From assembly GCA_965218795.1 (NCBI GenBank), contig OZ244653.1:3904001-3968000 (forward strand): a DNA stretch of 64,000 nucleotides. The letters run 5' to 3'. Shown piece by piece: positions 21,471 to 31,181 of this stretch (position 1 is the stretch's first letter; each line of letters opens with the position of its first letter). A program made the translations under genes and the position numbers. Below the pieces are notes generated by a model. The model was not told the origin of the DNA and ran no database searches. It saw only the letters and a list, made by a program, of their open reading frames with translations. The DNA comes from a bacterium (GTDB taxonomy: Bacteria > UBA8248 > JACPRG01 > G963555815).

Positions 21471-24311
21471 ATGACTGATACACCCGAGCAGAGAGCACGG
21501 TCCGACATCGATGCAAGCCTGAAGGCGGCCGGCTGGTCCGTGCAGAGCCGCGATGCGCTCGATCTCGCCGCCGGCCGCGGCATTGCGGTGCGCGAATTTC
21601 CGATGAAACCGGGTTTCGGCTTCGCCGACTACCTCCTTTACGTTGACCGCAGGGCCGTGGGCGCCATCGAAGCCAAGCCCGGGGGCACGCTTTCCGGCGT
21701 GGAGGAGCAGTCGGCGAAGTATGCGGCCGGTTTGCCGGACAACCTGCCCGCTCACCACCGTCCGCTGTCGTTCCTGTTCGAATCCAACGGCTCGGTGACC
21801 TATTTCACCAACGGGCTCGACCCGGTTCCGCGCAGTCGGCGGGTGTTCAATTTTTCCAGGCCCGAGACGCTGGCGGAGTGGGCTGCCCAACCGGCGCAAC
21901 TGCGCGCCAGGCTGAAGGAACTGCCGCGGCTGGATGAAACGGGCCTCTGGAACGTACAGACACGCGCCATTCGAAATCTGGAAGCGTCCTTCGCCAACGA
22001 CAATCCGCGCGCACTGGTCCAGATGGCGACGGGCTCCGGCAAGACCTTCACCGCCGTCAACGTCGCCTACCGCCTGCTGAAACACGCGGGAGCGAAACGC
22101 ATCTTGTTCCTGGTGGACCGAAGCAACCTCGGCAGGCAAACCTGGGATGAGTTCGCCAATTTCGAGCCGCCCGACGACCCGCGCAAGTTCCCCGATCTCT
22201 ATACCGTACGGCGGCTCGACACGAACGCCGTCAACCCCGCGGCCAAGGTGGTCATCACCACCATCCAGCGCCTCTACTCGATGCTCAAGGGCGAGGCCGA
22301 GTTCGATGCCGGCAACGAAGAGGGCTCGGGCTTCGATTCCGCGAAGCCGTGGCAGGGGGGGGCGCCGGATGTGGTGTACAACGATCATATCCCACCCGAA
22401 TTCTTCGATTTCATCATCGTCGATGAGTGCCACCGCTCCATCTACGACCTTTGGAGCCAGGTGCTGCTCTATTTCGATTCCTTCCTGATCGGCCTCACCG
22501 CGACCCCTGCCGGCAAAACGATCGGCTTCTTCAACCAGAACCTCGTCATGCAGTACGGCCACGACGAAGCAGTGGTCGATGGCGTGAACGTGGACTTCGA
22601 CGTCTATCGCGTACGAACGAAGGTCACCGAACAGGGGGCGACCATCGAGGCCGACGACACCGGGGTCTTTGTGGACAAACGCGACAAGCTGACGCGCGCG
22701 GAGCGGCTGGAGCTGCTCACCCGGGACCTTACCTACACCGCCAACCAGCTCGATCGCGATGTCGTGTCGGAAAGCCAGATCCGCACCGTCCTTCAGCAGT
22801 TTCGCGACAAGGTTCTGCCGGACGCGTTTCCCGGTCGCGGCGAAGCACCGAAAACTCTGATTTTCGCCAAGGACGACTCCCACGCGGACGATATCGTCCG
22901 CATCGCGCGAGAGGTGTTCGCCGAAGGCAACGATTTCTGCCAGAAGATCACCTATCGCACCGGCTTCACGAAAATCACGAAGACCGTCACGGACGACGAC
23001 GGAACCGAGACCGAGGCCGTCGAATGGAAACGGACCTCCAGTCTCGCTCCGGACGAGATCCTCGCCAATTTCCGCAACGGTTATTTCCCCCGTATTGCCG
23101 TCACCGTGGACATGATCTCCACCGGAACCGACGTGAAGCCGATCGAGTGCGTGTTCTTCATGCGCAACGTGAGATCCGCCGGCTTTTTCGAACAGATGAA
23201 AGGGCGCGGCGTCCGCGTCATGTCGCCCGACAAGCTGCGCGCCGTGACCCCCAGCGCCAAGGTGAAGGACCGGTTCATCATTGTGGACGCGGTCGGGGTG
23301 TGCGAGCAGGACAAGACCGACTCGCAGACGCTCAATCGCCAGCCCTCGAAGACCCTGCAGCAGGTGCTCGAATACGTCGCCCAGGGCGGTACCGACCCCG
23401 AGGCGCTGACCACGCTGGCCGGTCGGCTTGCCCGGCTGCAGCGGGAATTCACCCCAGCCCAGCTTGCCGAACTCGAAGACCTCGCAGGCGGGAAGTCGTT
23501 CCCGGACCTTGCGCACGGCCTTCTGAGCGCGTGCGACGCCGATGCCCGGATTGAAGCCGCGAAACAGGGGTTCGATACCGAGCGCCCGACCGAAGATCAA
23601 GTTCGGCAGTCGGCCGTCAGCCTCACCGAATCCGCCGTCACGCCGTTCCTGAAGGCGGCCCTCCGCCGCCGGATCCTGGAAATCCGACAGCGGAACGAGC
23701 AGACAATCGACCGCCATACCCTTGACGACGTACTCTATTCGGGTTTCGACGCCTCGGCCGTAGACAAGGCGCGGAGCAGGATACGCGACTTCCGTACCTG
23801 GATCGCCGAGCACAGGGATGAGCTCACCGCTCTGCAGATGCTGTATGCGGGTACGCGGCCGCTGAAACTCTCCCTCGGAGACCTTCGCCGGCTGAAGGAC
23901 GCGCTCGCTCTCCCGCCGATAGCGGCGACGCCCGCTCAGCTGTGGCGCGCCTTCGAGGCCGTGGAGCCTCGGACGGTCAACGGAAGCGGCGGTGACCAGC
24001 TGACGGATTTGGTGAACCTCGTTCGGCATGCACTGCTCCCGACTTCCACGCTCGTGCCGTATCGGAGCGAGGTGCGCGGACGGTATGAGGCCTGGCTCCG
24101 GGAGCGCGGAGCGGATACGGCCTTTTCGCCGGAGCAGCGGGAGTGGCTGGACCGCATGGCCGAGCACATCGCCACCAGCCTCGCCATCGAACCGGCGGAT
24201 TTCGAGACCGGCTGGTTCGGACAGCAGGGGAGCCTGGGCAGGGCGCACGCGTTGTTCGGCAATCAACTGCAACTGCTGATGGCGGAGCTCAATGAGAGGC
24301 TGGCAGCGTGA
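21471..24311 (+). CDS. hsdR: Type I restriction endonuclease R subunit
   Basis: Nuclease motif ADYLL...IEAK, ATGSGKT, DECH, LTATP, KTLIFA, QMKGRG, and an EcoEI-R-like C-terminus. Confidence 0.92.
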   Translation: MTDTPEQRARSDIDASLKAAGWSVQSRDALDLAAGRGIAVREFPMKPGFGFADYLLYVDRRAVGAIEAKPGGTLSGVEEQSAKYAAGLPDNLPAHHRPLSFLFESNGSVTYFTNGLDPVPRSRRVFNFSRPETLAEWAAQPAQLRARLKELPRLDETGLWNVQTRAIRNLEASFANDNPRALVQMATGSGKTFTAVNVAYRLLKHAGAKRILFLVDRSNLGRQTWDEFANFEPPDDPRKFPDLYTVRRLDTNAVNPAAKVVITTIQRLYSMLKGEAEFDAGNEEGSGFDSAKPWQGGAPDVVYNDHIPPEFFDFIIVDECHRSIYDLWSQVLLYFDSFLIGLTATPAGKTIGFFNQNLVMQYGHDEAVVDGVNVDFDVYRVRTKVTEQGATIEADDTGVFVDKRDKLTRAERLELLTRDLTYTANQLDRDVVSESQIRTVLQQFRDKVLPDAFPGRGEAPKTLIFAKDDSHADDIVRIAREVFAEGNDFCQKITYRTGFTKITKTVTDDDGTETEAVEWKRTSSLAPDEILANFRNGYFPRIAVTVDMISTGTDVKPIECVFFMRNVRSAGFFEQMKGRGVRVMSPDKLRAVTPSAKVKDRFIIVDAVGVCEQDKTDSQTLNRQPSKTLQQVLEYVAQGGTDPEALTTLAGRLARLQREFTPAQLAELEDLAGGKSFPDLAHGLLSACDADARIEAAKQGFDTERPTEDQVRQSAVSLTESAVTPFLKAALRRRILEIRQRNEQTIDRHTLDDVLYSGFDASAVDKARSRIRDFRTWIAEHRDELTALQMLYAGTRPLKLSLGDLRRLKDALALPPIAATPAQLWRAFEAVEPRTVNGSGGDQLTDLVNLVRHALLPTSTLVPYRSEVRGRYEAWLRERGADTAFSPEQREWLDRMAEHIATSLAIEPADFETGWFGQQGSLGRAHALFGNQLQLLMAELNERLAA

Positions 24312-25855
24312 GTCAAGCGAACGAACAGCGATTGCCGCTCGGGTGGACCACGGCGCAACTTTCCGATGTCGCTATGGTCGTGATGGGGCAATCACCCCCA
24401 TCTTCAACCTACAACAAAAGCGGTACTGGGCTACCCTTTTTGCAAGGAAAGGCTGACTTCGGTGCAATCTATCCGCGCGTAAGGGTGTGGTGCGTTCGGC
24501 CAAACAAGATCGCGGATGCCGACGATATTCTCTTGTCCGTTCGTGCGCCTGTCGGGCCTACAAACCTTGCACCGGTTCAGTGTTGCATCGGGCGTGGCCT
24601 TGCAGCCGTCCGGCCTGAAGCGGGGCTGACATTGAAATACCTGCTGCATGCCTTCCGTCGCTTTGCCGATGATCTGGATGCCAAGGGAACCGGAACAACC
24701 TTCAAAGCCGTATCTGGAAAAGTTGTCAGGGAATTCTCCATTCCCATTCCACCCCAAGCCGAGCAAAACCGCATCGCTAATGCCCTCGACGAACTGTTCT
24801 CCGACCTCGATGCGGGCGTTGCGGCTCTGGAGAGGGTACGGCACAAGCTGAAGCTCTATCGAGCCTCGGTTCTCAAGGCTGCGGTGGAAGGCGCGCTCAC
24901 CGCGGACTGGCGCGAAGAACACCCGGACGCCGAACCCGCCGGCGAACTGCTGAAGCGCATCCTCGTGGAACGCCGCCGCTGGGAGGAGGATCAGCTCCGC
25001 AAGTTCGCGGAAAAAGGCAAAACCCCGCCCAGGAACTGGAAGGCGAAGTACAAGGAGCCGTTCGCGCCCGAAACCGCCGACCTGCCGCAACTGCCGGAGG
25101 GATGGTGCTGGGCGACTTTCGCCGCGCTCGCTGATCAGAGACTAGGTAAAATGCTTGATAAATCGAAAAACTCTGGGCCTCTTAGACCCTATTTGCGCAA
25201 TCTAAATACTCGATGGTTCGGCTTCGATTTGAATGACTTGGCTGAAATGCATATACGCGACGAAGAATTTCCTAATGTCTCGGTGCGCTTCGGCGATTTA
25301 GTCGTTTGTGAAGGAGGTGAGCCGGGGCGGTGCGCCGTGTGGAGTCGCGAAAACGAGACAATTGCCATTCAGAAGGCTCTACATCGAGTGCGCCCAAGCC
25401 TCGGAGTATCTAGCCATTATCTATCGTTTGTTTTAGCCGCGGACGCACATAGCGGACGGTTGCAAAAAGCATTTACGGGAACAGGCATCAATCATCTGAC
25501 GGGTGAATCTCTTGGTTCCTACTCCGTTCCTCTTCCCTCAAGCCGGGAGCAACAACAAATTGTCGAAGCGGTCGAGGAACAGCTTGCCATCATTGATCAT
25601 CTCGAAGCCGACCTCGACGCGAAGCTGAAGACCGCCCAGGGCCTGCGGCAGGGAATTCTTCGCCACGCATTCACCGGAAAGCTCGTGCCGCAGGACCCGA
25701 GCGACGAGCCGGCCTCGGAATTGCTGAAACGCATCGCCGCCGAGCGCGAAGCCCGTGCGCGGGAAGCCGCCGCAAAGCGAGCGGGGAGGAACGCCACCGG
25801 CGGTCAAACGAGCCGGAGGCATCGCGCCAGGCTTCGCAAGGAGAAGGTCGATTGA
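24308..25855 (+). CDS. hsdS: Type I specificity subunit
   Basis: Two TRDs bounded by LPLGW/LPEGW, PIPPQAEQNRI and PLPSSREQQQI; AFTGKLVPQDPSDEPASELL. GTGA overlap with hsdR. Confidence 0.92.
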   Translation: MSQANEQRLPLGWTTAQLSDVAMVVMGQSPPSSTYNKSGTGLPFLQGKADFGAIYPRVRVWCVRPNKIADADDILLSVRAPVGPTNLAPVQCCIGRGLAAVRPEAGLTLKYLLHAFRRFADDLDAKGTGTTFKAVSGKVVREFSIPIPPQAEQNRIANALDELFSDLDAGVAALERVRHKLKLYRASVLKAAVEGALTADWREEHPDAEPAGELLKRILVERRRWEEDQLRKFAEKGKTPPRNWKAKYKEPFAPETADLPQLPEGWCWATFAALADQRLGKMLDKSKNSGPLRPYLRNLNTRWFGFDLNDLAEMHIRDEEFPNVSVRFGDLVVCEGGEPGRCAVWSRENETIAIQKALHRVRPSLGVSSHYLSFVLAADAHSGRLQKAFTGTGINHLTGESLGSYSVPLPSSREQQQIVEAVEEQLAIIDHLEADLDAKLKTAQGLRQGILRHAFTGKLVPQDPSDEPASELLKRIAAEREARAREAAAKRAGRNATGGQTSRRHRARLRKEKVD

Positions 25856-26715
25856 TTGCCGAGAACAAGCAATACGAGGTAGCACTGTCCTTCGCCGGCG
25901 AGGAGCGTGCATATGTCGAGAAGGTGGCGAGAGCGCTTCAGAGCCGAGGAATCGCTGTATTCTACGACGACTTCGAGCAGGTCGGGATCTGGGGAAAAGA
26001 TCTCGTCGAAGAATTGCAGGAAGTATTCGAGCATGGGGCTTCTCTCGCCGTGATGTTCATATCAAAGGAGTACGTCGAAAAGGCTTGGCCGCGACACGAA
26101 AAGCGATCGATCCTGAGTCGCGCAGTCCAGGAGAAATCCGGGTATTTTCTGCCAGTACGCTTTGACGACGCACCTGTTCCCGGCTTGCCGGATTCAATCA
26201 AGTACGAACGAGCCGAGGATCACACGCCACAGGAACTTGCGTCCATGATCGCCGAGAAGCTCGGGATCAAGCCTTTTGCTGGCAAGGCTTCGGACGTGCC
26301 GCCCCCGCGAATGACCTCTCCGACCGACGAGGTAGTGTTCGATTACAGTAGTCATAACGGCCGCTACCTCATCGGTCGCGGACAGCTGGTATTTGAAACG
26401 CGTTGGAGTAAGACGAGCGACACGAGCATCCATGTTCTTAACGATCCTCCCTCGATCAACGGCGTTGCGCTGGCCAGAGGTTGCACATCCATCGCGCAAG
26501 TTGTGAATGCTGAGTCGCTTGATTACACATCACGCGCCCGGACTCCCAAACGCGGGGAGATCGTCGTATTTCGGAACGTGAACGGCTTTTACGCCGCAGT
26601 GCACGTGCTTGATATCAAGGATGACAGCCGAAGTGACGACCGGGACGAACTCCGATTCCGATACGCCGTTCAGTCAAATGGATCCGACGGCTTCGCCGAG
26701 TTCAAGGATGTGTGA
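25852..26715 (+). CDS. TIR-domain protein with an unassigned beta-rich C-terminal domain
   Basis: YEVALSFAGEERAYV, VFYDDFE, LAVMFISKEY, WPRHE and FLPVRFDD are TIR_2 motifs. TTG start overlaps the hsdS TGA, with AAGGAG upstream. Confidence 0.85.
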   Translation: MIAENKQYEVALSFAGEERAYVEKVARALQSRGIAVFYDDFEQVGIWGKDLVEELQEVFEHGASLAVMFISKEYVEKAWPRHEKRSILSRAVQEKSGYFLPVRFDDAPVPGLPDSIKYERAEDHTPQELASMIAEKLGIKPFAGKASDVPPPRMTSPTDEVVFDYSSHNGRYLIGRGQLVFETRWSKTSDTSIHVLNDPPSINGVALARGCTSIAQVVNAESLDYTSRARTPKRGEIVVFRNVNGFYAAVHVLDIKDDSRSDDRDELRFRYAVQSNGSDGFAEFKDV

Positions 26716-26775
26716 GGTTCCGACCCTTATTCCCAATCGCTCCTGGTTATCCCCGAACTCGGACGAGATGAACTG

Positions 26776-28275
26776 ATGGACGCATCGCAGATCGGCAAGC
26801 GGGCGTGGAGCTATGCGGGCGTTTTGCGCGACGCGGGACTCTCATGCTTCGAATACGTGGAGCAGTTGACCCTGCTGCTGTTCCTCAAGATGGCGGATCA
26901 GCTGACAGAGCCTCCCTACGAACGAGAGCCCATCGTGCCGCCGGAACTTGGCTGGAAGGCTCTCCTGCCGCTTGACGGGGCAGCGTTGGAAGACCAGTAC
27001 CGCGCCAGCCTCGAAAAGCTCGGGTTCGAGCCCGGTATGCTCGGCGTCGTCTTCAAGGGGGCGCGCTGCGAGATCCACAATCCGGCGCTGTTGAAACAGC
27101 TCATCGTCAACCTCCTCGACCAGGTGGACTGGCTCTCGCTACCCGTGGACGTGAAGGGCACCATCTATGAGGAGCTCCTGGCCCGCTCGGCGCAGGAGTC
27201 CGCACGCGGCGCGGGCCAGTATTTCACCCCTCGACCGGTGATCCAGGCGATGTGCGAGGTCACGCAGCCGACGCCGGACGACCGCATCAGCGATCCGGCT
27301 GCGGGCACCGGCGGTTTTCTCTGCAACGCCTATCAGTACGTGCTCGACCGCTGCGGCGAAGACCTCGACAGCGACGAAAAGCGCGCGTTGCAGGAGGAGC
27401 TTGTCGAGGGCATGGAGCTTTCGCCCAAGGTCGGCCGCATGTGCGCGATGAACGTCTATCTGCACAACATCGGCGGCGACAGGGTGGTCGTCCATTCCGG
27501 ACACGACAGCCTCTCCGCGCCCTGGAATCGCGAATACTCGATGGTCCTTACCAATCCCCCGTTCGGCAAGAAGCAGAGCCTCCTGTTCGTCAATGAGGAG
27601 GGAGAGACCGAGAAGGATGACCAGATCATCGTGCGCGAGGATTTCTGGACCTCGACCGGCAACAAGCAGCTCAACTTCGTCCAGCACATCTATACGCTTT
27701 TGAAGATCGACGGCCGCGCGGCGGTCGTGGTGCCGGACAACGTACTGTTCGAAGGGGGCGCGGGCGAAAAGGTCCGCCGCAACCTGCTGGAGAAATGCCG
27801 CGTCCACACCCTGCTGCGGCTGCCGACGGGTATCTGGTACTCGCCGGGCGTCAAGGCCAACCTGATCTTCTTCGAAAAGAAAGAGGGTCGAGCCGAAGCG
27901 TGGACCGACAGGCTTTGGGTCTACGATCTGCGCACCAACATGCACTTCACGCTCAAGCAGAAGCCGATCCGTCGCGGGGACTTCGACGAGTTCGTCGAGT
28001 GCTACAGACCCGGCCGGATGCACGAACGCGAGGCTACGTGGAGCGAGGACAATCCCGAGGGCCGCTGGCGGTCTTATGACTACGACGACCTGCTGAAGCG
28101 CGACAAGCTGAACCTCGACCTCTTCTGGATCAGGGACAAGAGCCTGACCGACACGGACTCGCTGCCCCCGCCGGACATCATCGCCGCGGAGATCGCCGAC
28201 GATCTCGAAGCCGCGCTGGAACAATTCACCAAGATCGCAGCGCGCCTCGGGCAGAGGGGCGCCACGAACGGGTGA
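26776..28275 (+). CDS. hsdM: Type I N6-adenine methyltransferase
   Basis: GAGQYFTPR, motif I DPAAGTGG, motif IV NPPF, RAAVVVPDNVLF and VYDLRTN. Confidence 0.93.
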   Translation: MDASQIGKRAWSYAGVLRDAGLSCFEYVEQLTLLLFLKMADQLTEPPYEREPIVPPELGWKALLPLDGAALEDQYRASLEKLGFEPGMLGVVFKGARCEIHNPALLKQLIVNLLDQVDWLSLPVDVKGTIYEELLARSAQESARGAGQYFTPRPVIQAMCEVTQPTPDDRISDPAAGTGGFLCNAYQYVLDRCGEDLDSDEKRALQEELVEGMELSPKVGRMCAMNVYLHNIGGDRVVVHSGHDSLSAPWNREYSMVLTNPPFGKKQSLLFVNEEGETEKDDQIIVREDFWTSTGNKQLNFVQHIYTLLKIDGRAAVVVPDNVLFEGGAGEKVRRNLLEKCRVHTLLRLPTGIWYSPGVKANLIFFEKKEGRAEAWTDRLWVYDLRTNMHFTLKQKPIRRGDFDEFVECYRPGRMHEREATWSEDNPEGRWRSYDYDDLLKRDKLNLDLFWIRDKSLTDTDSLPPPDIIAAEIADDLEAALEQFTKIAARLGQRGATNG

Positions 28276-28361
28276 TTTGAAGCCTCCCATGACACCCTCC
28301 TTTCAGACCCAAAGAGCACGGAAAGAAGGTTGAGATGACAAACGAGGCCTGGTCCTGAAAC

Positions 28362-28640
28362 CTGGATTCCCGCTTGCGCGGGAATGACAAAGCCGGGGGC
28401 ATGGCCTACGCTGTATGCGAGCCGGGGACCTGGAAGGGAAGAACGAGCAGGGGCGAGGTTCCGGGATGCCCGCATCGAGATTCACGGAGTATCAAGCGGA
28501 GATTCAGGGCTCGTCGCCGGACTGTCATTTCCCTGGATTCCCGCTTACGCGGGAATGACGGGTGGGTGGGGTGCGTGACTCTATTCGGTCATTCCTGCAA
28601 GCCTGCCCGGAGCGCTTCCGGCAGGGGGGCAGGCATCCAG
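28362..28640. repeat. REP-like palindrome cluster at the right edge of the defence island
   Basis: CTGGATTCCCGCTTGCGCGGGAATGAC (28362-28388), CTGGATTCCCGCTTACGCGGGAATGAC (28533-28559) and GTCATTCCTGC; the same unit occurs at ~13515-13540 and ~46593-46618. Confidence 0.8.
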
Positions 28641-29143
28641 GCGGCATAGGGGAGATTTCGAGGGAAAGAGACGGGTTGAGGGCCTGGTCCCCAATGGCTT
28701 GCGTCTAGGGAGGGGGAGCCCATGTGTCAAAGCAGGGGAAACCCCATCCCTTGAGTACGTTCGCTTCGCTCAGCACGGCCTCCGTCGCCATGCCCTGAGG
28801 ACGAGTATCGAATCAGAAAAAAGGGGTACCGCGTTTCATCCGCGTCAAAATAACCCGCGGTCCCATGTCATGTTGACACCTTGACACGATCCCGGCGACA
28901 GGGTAACTTGAAGCGTCCGTTCGTCAGAACGATAAAAGGCTGTTGCATGAGCAACCAGCCCTCATCTGCCGGCGCGACCCGAGAGCAGTGAGTGCGGATT
29001 TCGTTCACCCGAGACTACGAAGCCCCCCCTCCGCGCGGTCTCATCGGCCCGGCGGAAACGGAGCGTTCGACCCACAGGATGTCAACGTCCGTTTCGCGCG
29101 AATAGAAGCGGAATCTTACGCCGAGCCTCAGGTGTGTTTGAAC

Positions 29144-29584
29144 GTGAATGCGAAGCAGACCCGGCTTTCTCTCACTCTTGGGACCGATCTGCCATCCGCG
29201 CTTGCGGCACTGGCAGAGGCCGTGGCTCGCTTTGGAGAGGCCAACCATCTGCCGGAAGATCAGGTCCACCGTCTGAGCCTCGCCCTGGATGAATTGGTAA
29301 CCAACAGTATACGACACGGCTTGGTGGAGGCCACTCGGCCGGAACTCCGGGTGGAATTGCGTATGGAAGCCCACGAAGTGGTCGTGCAGTTGGAGGACAA
29401 CGGGGTTCCCTTCGACCCGTTCGAAGAAGCCCCCGAGCCGGACATCCACGCATCGATCGAGGATCGCGAAATCGGCGGTCTCGGGGTTTTTCTGACCAAG
29501 ACCTTGTTCCCGAATCGAAACTACACACATGCGAATGGCTTCAATCTTATTACGTTGCGCGACCCCACGATAGGAGAGAGATGA
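29144..29584 (+). CDS. RsbW/SpoIIAB-like anti-sigma factor Ser/Thr kinase (HATPase_c_2)
   Basis: LALDELVTNSIRHG, LEDNGVPFDP and REIGGLGVFL. Start inferred at GTG 29144. Confidence 0.85.
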   Translation: MNAKQTRLSLTLGTDLPSALAALAEAVARFGEANHLPEDQVHRLSLALDELVTNSIRHGLVEATRPELRVELRMEAHEVVVQLEDNGVPFDPFEEAPEPDIHASIEDREIGGLGVFLTKTLFPNRNYTHANGFNLITLRDPTIGER

Positions 29585-29937
29585 TGGGAAGTGGAGACAT
29601 TCTGTATCTCGATACGGAGATGAGCGGCGATACCTCTGTCATGGTTCCCTCAGGCCGTATCGACGGCAGCACCGCAAGCATGTTCCAGGAAGCGCTCCTC
29701 AAGCTGGTCGATGAGGGCGCCGGCCCGATCGTCGTCGACTTCGAGAAACTCGACTACATCAGCAGCGCGGGACTCCGGGCCCTGCTCCTGGTGGCCAAGC
29801 GGCTCCAGGCCGGCAGCAGAAAGCTCGCGCTTTGCGCCATGCGCGACCACATCTTCGAAGTGTTCAAGATCAGCGGCTTCAACGAGATCCTGGCGATTCA
29901 CTCGACCCGGCAGGATGCTATTGATGATATCCCCTGA
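29581..29937 (+). CDS. STAS anti-anti-sigma factor (RsbV/SpoIIAA-like)
   Basis: SGRIDG, VVDFEKLDYISSAGLRALL with the phosphoacceptor Ser, and VFKISGF. ATGA overlap with the upstream gene. Confidence 0.9.
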   Translation: MMGSGDILYLDTEMSGDTSVMVPSGRIDGSTASMFQEALLKLVDEGAGPIVVDFEKLDYISSAGLRALLLVAKRLQAGSRKLALCAMRDHIFEVFKISGFNEILAIHSTRQDAIDDIP

Positions 29938-29950
29938 TACACAACAAGGC

Positions 29951-31180
29951 ATGGATGTAGATGATGTACAACAGGTTGTAGACGGGCATTCTCCATCGAG
30001 TGATGCGCCCATCAAGATCCTGGTCGTTGACGACGAGGAAGACCTCGAAGCCCTCGTATTGCAGAAGTTTCGCCGGCAGATCCGCAAGGGAGAGCTTGCC
30101 TTCAGTTTCGCGCACAACGGCAAGGAGGCGATCGCGAGGCTCGATGAGGATCCCGAGATCGCCATGGTTCTCTCGGACATCAACATGCCGGTCATGGACG
30201 GTCTCGCCCTGCTCAAGCAGCTCAGCGAGACGAAACCCGACGTCCGAGCGGTGATCGTGTCGGCGTACGGCGACATGGACAACATCCGCACCGCGATGAA
30301 TCGGGGGGCGTTCGACTTCGTCACCAAGCCCGTCGACTTCGGCGACCTGCAAATTACCATCGACAAGACGCTGAAACATCTCAAGCTCATGAAAGAAGCC
30401 CTGGCTTCGCGGGATCAATTGGTCGCCCTGAGCAGCGAGCTCGACATCGCCCGCCAGATGCAGGCCGCCGTACTGCCCGGCCGCTATTCTTCGACCGACC
30501 TTTACGAGTTCAGCGCCGTCATGGTCCCGGCGAAAGAGGTGGGCGGCGACTTCTATGATCTCGTCCCTTTGGACGAGAAAAGAATCGGCGTTGCGATCGG
30601 AGATGTGTCGGGAAAGGGCATTCCCGCCGCTCTGTTCATGATGGCCACCCGCACACTGCTTCGGAGCCGCGCCATGGGCGGCGACCCGCCCCGCCAATGC
30701 CTGCACAAAGTCAACGAATTGCTCTGCGAAGACAACGAGATGTGCATGTTCGTAACCCTTTTCTACGCCGTTCTCGACGTGGAGAACGGCGTTCTCCACT
30801 ACTGCAATGGAGGCCACAACCTGCCGCGGATCGTGCGCAGGGATGGGCGGGTCGAGGTTCTGCACGCGACGCGGAATGTTGCGCTCGGCGTGGTTCCCGG
30901 GTACGAGTTCCACGACGGCGAAATCGAACTTCAGGCTGACGATACGCTGTTCTTGTACACGGATGGCGTCAATGAAGCCGAGGGACCGAGCGCGGTCGAA
31001 TTCGGGGAGACGCGGCTCGACGAATTGCTGGCCCGCGTTGATGGAGGCGGGGCCGAGGGTATCACGTCACGGGTCCTCGACTCGGTGCAGGAGTTTACCC
31101 GGGGAATTCCGCAGTCAGATGACATTACCTGCGTGGCGCTGACGCGGCGCGGCAATTCGCACGGGGCCGTGGAGGCTTGA
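29951..31180 (+). CDS. Response-regulator receiver fused to a SpoIIE/PP2C phosphatase (RsbU/RsbY-like)
   Basis: ILVVDDE, LSDINMPVMDG and FVTKP; then EVGGDFYD, IGDVSGKG, LYTDG and SDDIT. Start uncertain (29915-29951). Confidence 0.9.
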   Translation: MDVDDVQQVVDGHSPSSDAPIKILVVDDEEDLEALVLQKFRRQIRKGELAFSFAHNGKEAIARLDEDPEIAMVLSDINMPVMDGLALLKQLSETKPDVRAVIVSAYGDMDNIRTAMNRGAFDFVTKPVDFGDLQITIDKTLKHLKLMKEALASRDQLVALSSELDIARQMQAAVLPGRYSSTDLYEFSAVMVPAKEVGGDFYDLVPLDEKRIGVAIGDVSGKGIPAALFMMATRTLLRSRAMGGDPPRQCLHKVNELLCEDNEMCMFVTLFYAVLDVENGVLHYCNGGHNLPRIVRRDGRVEVLHATRNVALGVVPGYEFHDGEIELQADDTLFLYTDGVNEAEGPSAVEFGETRLDELLARVDGGGAEGITSRVLDSVQEFTRGIPQSDDITCVALTRRGNSHGAVEA

Positions 31181-31181
31181 A

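Noticed and set aside
21459-24272. 937-aa minus-strand ORF, and similar long ORFs opposite glnA, aap, hsdM and the ATP-grasp gene
   Set aside because: Antisense shadows of well-supported genes.
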